In this document: positions 43,201 through 52,200 of the stretch, piece after piece
Position numbering within the stretch: the first letter of the stretch is position 1
How the letters are laid out: the number at the start of each line of letters is the position of its first letter
Assembly: GCF_036588685.1 (NCBI RefSeq)
Contig: NC_086381.1
Location: 3,906,001-3,970,000 of the forward strand
Direction: 5' to 3'
Length of the DNA: 64,000 nt
Origin: Mytilus trossulus
Lineage: Eukaryota
Notes under the pieces: generated by a model
What the model was told of the DNA's origin: nothing
Databases searched by the model: none
The model's input: the letters and a program-made list of their open reading frames with translations, nothing else
Made by a program: the position numbers and the translations under genes

Positions 43201-46200
43201 GAAGGTAGATGGGGTGTCTAAATTATAATCCATAGAATTTAATGTTTAGCTAAAATGTAGTTTATATCATGCTTGCATTAAATAATAAAAAGAATGGGTC
43301 ACGGGGCTTATTTACACCCTACAGATTGTGCAAAATTGACAGATTTTGTGTAGAGTATGCATGAAAACTGCAATTTTTTTTCCAAAAAACGAAAACTACA
43401 TCATAGAATTTTGAGATAAAATATGAGAAATAGCTTTATTGTTATGCTTTCAGACATTGTCAGATAAGGGAAAAAAATGGGATCATGTAACTCTTTTTTC
43501 TTGCTACGTTATGAAATAGGTAAATTCCTCACACATTCTATTTTAAAGGTAACTATATCGGAAATCTCTGCCTTTACATTTGACTTGCCTCCCCTTACGT
43601 GGCAAAGTTAAATCAAACAAATGATTCTGTTTTTTGAAAAATACAACCATAAATATGATAGAACATGTCATTTTCTATATTGATATGATAATTCTTGCAC
43701 ATGACTTTCCCTTTCATGAATGTGACCTACCGGATTAGACCATTTACCGGATTTGATATATCATAAGCAACACAACGGGTGCCACATGTGGAGCAGGATC
43801 TGCTTACCCTTCCGGAGCACCTGAGATCACCCCTAGCTTTTGGTGGGGTTCGTGTTGTTTATTCTTTAGTTTTCTATGTTGTGTCATATGTACTATTGTT
43901 TGTCTGTTTTTCCTTTTCATTTTTAGCCATGGCGTTGTCAGTTTATTTTCGATTAATTAGTTTGACTGTCCCTCTGGTATCTTTCGTCCCTCTTTTACCT
44001 ATAACTCTCAAAATTTGCACATTTGATTAAAGACCGATTTTTTGTTTTCTGGTATTTCAAAATCCAAAAAGGAGGAAGACCTGTCTACCGTAAGAAACTA
44101 AAGCTTACTTCCAACACCTGATCTCTTCTCAATAGCAATATATGCATCAGGGGTGTATTTCTTTACATTAGATGGAACTGTCCAGTATGCTTTCAATGAA
44201 TTAGTGGACATTTGAATGTCAACATCATCTGAACAGGACAATCTGTGGTCCTAAAGGAAATAAATCAGACATTTTTGCATCATTTGGTTGTTATCAATAA
44301 ATTAATGCACATACATTTGGATGCATATTGAGCAGTACAATTTGTAGTCCTAACGATTGGAAGGTTAAACACCTTTTATACATGGAGTTGTTTTGATAAT
44401 TTGACTTAGTTTGTTATGTTTCTTTTGAAATTTATCAAGGAGAGGGTACCTAATACAGAAAGCTTACATTTTACCAAACTCCTACATAGTGATAGTTGTT
44501 TAATACCGTTTGTCGAATTCAGAAGTTGTTGGAACTACTATATAGTGATACTAGTAGTTGTTTTATACCGCTTGTTGAATTCACTCGTTATTGGAACTCC
44601 TATATAGTGATAGTTGTTTTATACCACTTGTGGAATTCACTTGTTGTTGGAACTTTGTTGGAACTCCTATATAGTGATAGTTGTTTTATACCGCTTGTCG
44701 AATTCACTCGTAGTTGGAACTCCTATATAGTGATAGTTGTTTTATACCGTTTGTCGAATTCATTCGTATTTGGAACTATGTTGGAACTCCTACATAGTGA
44801 TAGTTGTTTTATACCGTTGTCGAACTCACTCGTTGTTAGAACTTTGTTGGGTCTCCTACATAGTGATAGTTGTTTTATACCGCTTGTCGAATTTTCGTAG
44901 TTGGAACTCATATATGGTGATAGTTGTTTTATACCGCTTGTTCAATTCACTCATTTTTGGAACTCCTATATAGTGATAGTTGTTTTATGCCGCTTGTTCA
45001 ATTCACTCGTTGTTGAAACTCCTGCATAGTGATAGTTGTTTTATACCGCTTGTCGAATTCACTCGTTGTTAGAACTTCTATATTGTGATAGTTGTTTCAT
45101 ACCGCTTTTTGAATTCACTCGTTGTTGATAATTTATCACGTAGAACAGCAGTAATCACACTTAACAAGTTGTCCAGGCCAAGCAGCAAATCATATATAAA
45201 ACCATTCTGTAAAGTGGAGTAATCGAACCATGAGGGACCAATATATTACTGTCTGTGCGCTCAACATATTGAAATATTCAAGAATTTGCAAACAGCTAAG
45301 AGAATAGTGTTTTAACATATTTGGATATATAGATATAGGAAGATGTGGTATGCGTGCCAATGAGACCACTCTCCATCCACGTAACAATTTATAAAATTAA
45401 ACTGTTATAGGTCAAGATACGGCCTTCAACACGGAGCCTTGGCTTACACCGAACAGCACGCTATAAAGTGCCCCACCCATTACTAGTGTAATTCCATTCA
45501 AACGGGAAAATCAACATAGTTTTGAAGAAGAATCATTCTATAATATTGTGAAGATTATAGAACATTGACTTCTGCAGAAAGAAAAAAAAAAGAAAGATAA
45601 CGTGATACTAACCTCCATATGATGTTCTAATGATTTATCTGAAAAAGATAGCATCAATCTGAATTTCAGTTCGATAGTAATATCTCATATATCACACATC
45701 GGTGTTGACATGCCTTTGAATCGAAATGAAAAAGGTTGGGAACTCCTTTAAAAACTGTGACCACTTTACAATATCACAAAGTATCAACAACAATACCCAA
45801 CTTCAGAGTTAATTCTTAATAAGGATAAAGCGGTAAACTTGAAAAAAATGTTAAGGTGTATCAACCAACGAAATGAAGGAAAATAATGTTCCTTATTCAT
45901 GACGGTTATTTTCCTGATGAAATGGTGGGTTCTGTATACAGCTTATTCTTAGACTTGTTTAACTAGTATTTGTTTGGTTAAATTGACAAAGTTAGGGGAT
46001 AAAACCAAACATAAATAATGTGTTAACGTAACAAAAAAGTTTATTGCAATTGAATGTAAATCTGACAAGGAGGAATACAACAACGCTTTTGTAGTTGATA
46101 GTTCATACCCTTCATCTGAAATACACAAACATAAATATTTTTCTTTAGGTTTCTAACTTAATTTGTCTTGTTAGAATTAACTTACCAATCATATAACAAG

Positions 46201-49200
46201 GTTCGCCATCATAAATCAACACTCCTGACAAAACATCATTTTCTGTAACTACGGTAACACCATCAGAAGATATTGATGTATTCCCTACTGTATTCAAAGC
46301 TGTTACAGTGAAATAGTATTTCTAAAAATTTAAAATTGTATCAATATAAAAAACTATGCAAAGGATCCAATGATATTGTCCTTGATTGTACCATTTATCA
46401 CAGGATAATCAACATGATGGATGTCACACGAAATGTTTTCTTCACACAAATCCAAGTTAACCCCCAGTATTTTTGTATTTTTTTGTAGGGGTGGTGTCGG
46501 TAAATATTTTGTTTTCTGAGTAGCGCATTTTGGACTTGTGTTTGTCCGTTTGAAATTTGTCCGTGGAATGTCTTTTTCCTTTCCAATTCCTGTAGTCAGG
46601 GTGTTGTCTCTCTGTTTTTTTTGTTGTTTATACCCTTGGTATCTTCAATCAATTGTATTTCTTTGTGCTAGAATCAGTAATAGTAAACATGGTAAAGTAA
46701 AATAGACTGACTAAATGGAATATTACCTGATAAGGTGTCAGAAATAGTCCTGTTTCCTGGTGAGCTAGACTGGTACCGACATCCTTCAGAGACACAACAT
46801 CCCTTCCTCCAATTGTAGTTCCAATACTTATACTGTAGGTTACATCTAAGTGTGGGTGTGCAAATCCTAACCAGCGGGCAGCCATACTAGTGGTAGATGT
46901 CTGAAAGTCCAAGTCTTGTATATCCTAAAAGCAAAAAAATGAAAAACATTATAGTTTCTTTGTTCTCATTTTGATTTATCGAAAAAGGACCTAGAAAATG
47001 TTGTTTTGAATTTCTCACGAATCTGTGTCAATCAATTGCCAAGCTTGTCGCATGTTTGCATAAGAAATATAATGTATAAAAACAACTCCATGTAACAAAG
47101 GGCAATGCCATAATAGTTTACATTGAAGAGATGAAATTGATTGTCAAACCTGTGGTAATATAATATTCATCGGAGAAGTGAAACGCTGAGATAACATTCA
47201 TTTTGACTGACACTCAAATGTCAGTCTAATGTATATTTACACAAACATTGTACTGAAATATTTATTGAAATTGATATATTGTCTTTGTGCATGCAAGTGC
47301 ATAACATACACGCACTTAAACTTTAATCAGAATTCGGTAGCAAATTAAATATTATTCGGAAGACCTTTTGTACATACTATTTGTATTTTATTGTAAAAAT
47401 ATTACAAAATAATGATCTTATGATGCTAGCAGTACTAGACTTGCAATACTCACACCAATCCAAACTTTGTAGAAAAGTGACAACTAACATCCACGCATTC
47501 CAATATCAACCTGAATTCCGATAGCAAAATAAATCTTATTCGAAAGACTCCTTTTATATACTATAACAATACAATAATAATAAAATTGAGAATGGAAATG
47601 GGGAATGTGTCAAAGAGACAACAACCCGACCAAATAAAAAAACAACAGCAGAAGGTCACCAACAGGTCTTCAATGTAGCGAGAAATTCCCGAACCCGGAG
47701 GCGTCCTTCAGCTGGCCCCTAAACAAATATATACTAGTTCAATGATAATGAACGCCATACTAATTTCCAAATTGTACACAAGAAACTAAAATTAAAATAA
47801 TACAAGACTAACAAAGGCCAGAGGCTCCTGACTTGGGACAGGCGCAAAAATGCGGCGGGGTTAAACATGTTTGTGAGATCTCAACCCTCCCCCTATACCT
47901 CTAACCAATGTAGAAAAGTAAACGCATAACAATACGCACATTAAAATTCAGTTCAAGAGAAGTCCGAGTCTGATGTCAGAAGATGTAACCAAAGAAAATA
48001 AACAAAATGACAATAATACATAAATAACAACAGACTACTAGCAGTTAACTGACATGCCAGCTCCAGACTTCAATTAAACTGACTGAAAGATTATGATTTC
48101 GTCATATGAACATCAGGCACAATCCTTCCCGTTAGGGGTTTAGTATCATACCATCATAACATATATGAGAAGAACATAACCCGTGTCATGCCAACAACTG
48201 TTTTTAGAATAAATGTGTTTAGTTCCGACGCAAAGACCTTATCAGTGACTCAATATTAACGCCAAAATATGCAATCTTTAATGCCTTGACAACAGTATCG
48301 TAATTATATCCCTTCTTAATAAGTCTATTCAAAGGTTTTGTAAGTTTCTGAGGTGAATACTGACACCTTTGTGCTTTATAAAGAATATTTCCATAAAAAA
48401 GTGGATGTGAAATATTTGAACTAATAAGAAGTCTGCATGTTGAGCTATATTTACGAATGATGTCTTTATACCGATGATAAAATTTAGTAAATGTTTTGAC
48501 TAGTTTGTGATATCGAAAACCCTGGTGTAATAATTTTTCAGTAATACATAAATTTCTTTCGTTAAAATCTAAAACATTGTTACATACACGGGCGAATCGT
48601 AAAAGTTGAGATATATAAACACCGTAAGATGGTGACAAGGGAACGTCACCATCTAAAAACGGATAATTAACGATAGGAAATGAAAAATCATCCCTTTTAT
48701 CATAAATTTTAGTATTCAGCTTTCCGTTAGTGATATAGATATCAAGATTGAGGAAAGGGCAGTGCACGTGGTCATTGTTAGTATTAGCTTTATTTAAAGT
48801 AAGTTCAGCAGGATAAATTTCATTAATATACATACTGAAGTCGTCATTATTGAGAGCCAAAATATCATCCAAATATCTAAAAGTATTATTAAATTTGTTT
48901 ATCAGATGTTGTTTTGATGGGTCTTTGCTTATTTTTGTCATAAATGGTAACTCATAACAATACAAAAAGAGGTCCGCAATAAGTGGTGCACAGTTAGTCC
49001 CCATTGGAATTCCGATAATCTGACGATATACGGAATCCCCAAAGCGAACAAAAATGTTATCTAGTAAAAATTCAAGGGCATATATAGTATCAAAGCATGT
49101 CCAATTAACATAGTTTTTTTGTTTATTGCTACTAAAAAATGACCTAAAAGAGTTTGAACATATATATTCACATTCTGATTTTTTGAATGCCCATTTAATT

Positions 49201-52200
49201 AGGTGTGTGAATTTTTTCTTAATGAGAATGTGAGGCAATGTGGTATACAGGGTAGAAAAATCAAAACTTTGAACAGATTCAAAATCACCAATATAAGCAT
49301 GCAATTTATCAAGTACTTCCAACGAGTTCTTGACACTCCAAAAGTAATTTATTCCACTATTTTCGAAGGCCTTATTTGAACAATTTATTATAAGGTTTTT
49401 AATTGCATCAAGTGTGCTGGTAAGAAGAACAGACAATTTAGTAGTTGAACAATGGCTTGAAGACGAAATAAATCTATATTTGTAAGGGTTTTGTGTAGCT
49501 TGTTAAAAGCTGTGTACAAACCTCAACGGGAATATCTGTTGAAAAATCCTGAAAAATAGTAATGAATAAACTAATTACAATCATCTTATAAAAAAATAAA
49601 ATTATAAAATCACTGAACTCAGAGGAAAATCTAATCGGAAAGTCCATAATCACATGGCAAAATCAAATGACAAAACACATCAAAAACGAATGGAAAAGAA
49701 CTGTCATATTCCTGACTTGGTACAGGCATTTTCAAATGTAGAAAATGGTGAATTAAACCTGGTTTTATAGCGCTAAACCTCTCACTTTGATGACAGTCTC
49801 ATCAAATTCCGTTATATTTACAATGATGCGTGAACTAAACAGACATAATAAATAAAATCGTCAAAATATGGGTACAGCGGTCATCATCGTGTAACAATTT
49901 TAAAAGGAACAATGTAACAGATCACAAAATCATCCATCTACAAACACATTCATTGATTCGCGTGTCTGACGTCATAAAATTTTATACGTCACATACATTT
50001 GTCGTTCAATGTATATAAAAAAAAATATATTTCACATGGGAAATGTTAGCATACAGGGTTAAAAAATCAAAAGTATGGAAGAATTAATTTCAGAAATAGA
50101 CAGAGACTTAAAATAGTCCAAAAGTTATATAGAATTTATAAGAATCCACAAATAGTTCATTCCACTACGCGATTGAATAATTTTGACTTATAAAGTAGTA
50201 CAATGAAGTAAAAACATGACATAAAAGGACCTTGTTAGCATACCATAAACATCAAATTCTCTAAACACTGAAACAACAAAAATGAATCCATAGTTTGGTT
50301 AGGCACATCACATTATTCGGGGTTAAACAAGTTTTATGTTTGAGAGACCATACCTGATTTTACTACAAAAACAATAAAATAGAAGAGATAAATGGATTGA
50401 TTTAGCAATACCAATATACGTGTACCTGAGTATCAATATCTAAAACAACTCCATCGGCTGGTAACTGTACATCATGTATATAGGGACCAGATGACTGGAT
50501 CACTGTTTGTCCTGCTGTGTTTGTAACCTTGAGTGATACAAAGTATGTATGATGTCCATGTAGATACCAGTCCAGATTTGTGACCTTGACAGTTGTACAA
50601 GATGGAGGCTGAGTCAGTGTACAGTTACCCCCTGACATTAATGGTTGAAAGCCTTGTACATCTGTTCCGTAGGCACTGTGACCTGTATGAATATACAATT
50701 AATACAGTTTGATTTCCACGAATGTGACTATCGGAATAGGCTATTTACCGGGTTTGTAAAAACATAAGAAACACGAAGGGTGCTACATGTGTAACAGGAT
50801 TTGCTTACCCTTCCAGACCACCTGAGATCATCCACAGTTTTTGGTTGAATTTGTGTTGCTTATTGGTTAGTTTTCTATGTTGTGTCTTGTGTACTATCTA
50901 TTTTCTGTTTGTCATTTTCTGTTTAAGCCATGGCAGCTCATTTTTTAAACTATGAATTTGAATGTCCCTCTGGTATCTTCCCCCCTCTTTTGTTACATGA
51001 TATGTTTAACATCTTGCCGAATAGTTTGCGAATTTATGTATGAACTATATGTGTACAATGATTTGTATGGTCGTGTTTAGAACTTGATCACTTGCTTTTT
51101 TTGGCAAAAGTACAAAATGCATGTTTACAGTTATCATGCTGACATGTGTTTCAGTGAAAGATAGTTGTCTCTTTGTTTGGTGTAAACGTATCAGGTAAAT
51201 TCAAAATTCCCAAATTTCTGTTTTAAAGCACGATATTTTCTTAAAGTGTATATCATAGAAATAGTTAAAAAAGATGAACACAATCATATAATTCATATCC
51301 TGTCTTGACAACATTAAACAACTTAGACTGAGAAAAAAAAACGTGTATCCGATGAAATGTTTTGTCTGATTTTCTGAATTAATTTGATGATGAATCTTTA
51401 TAATGTCAAAGTCATTCTTTAGTTATAACGAAAAGCGTCACATTTTTGTCTGGTAGACATGTGAACCTTATATGACTTTTAAACAAAACATATGACTCAG
51501 TACGTTATGCTCTTTACAAGAAGATACAAAATATCTCACTTCCGGTTGATTTACAGTTTAAATTATTTGATGCATTGGTGGTTCCTATTTTGACCTATTC
51601 CTCGGAAATATAGGGGTTTGAAAATAAAAATAATACTGAAATATTACATCTACAGTTTTGTGAGAGCAGTTTGGGAGTGCAATCATCTACGCCAAAATGT
51701 ATGGTGTATGGGGAACTTAAAAATGGTATTTTTTTGGCATAAGCTGGCAAAAAAATGATAAAAAAAACTATCGGGTAAACTGTACAAGTTACTTTGATAC
51801 ATGCATGAGCATGAAGGTTATAATTTCAAGTGGTTTAACTGTGTAAAATCTGTGTTTAATGACTTTTGTGAACTATATAATTTTCCGGAGCAAGTTGATT
51901 TTAACTATATTAAAATTAATGTAAGGCAGCGTCTCCAGGACCAGTTTATTCAAAAATGGTTCTCTGATATAAATTACTCATCAAGGCGGGGGGGGGGGGG
52001 CGGGGGGGGGGGGGGTATTTACACTTTAAAGAAGAGTTTTGCTAAGAACCATATCTGTTAAAATTAAGCGGGGTCATAGAGTAAATATTTGTAAGTTAAG
52101 GGTATCCCATCGAAACAGGAAGATGGAGAAAGGTACCACGAAATGAGAGAATTTGTCCTCTTTGTAAAGCTGGTCCACTACATGTATATATGTAAAAGAG

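Noticed and set aside
43779-44030. ORF MPHVEQDLLTLPEHLRSP (also 52096-52419)
   Set aside because: Spurious frame in a multi-copy retroelement 3' region
44416-44973. ORFs over the minisatellite, or another exon-derived array
   Set aside because: Translation of a repeat with mixed unit lengths; no match to any exon found
51988-52015. Poly-G tract giving poly-Gly in ORF 51801..52061
   Set aside because: Homopolymer expansion inside a dead LINE
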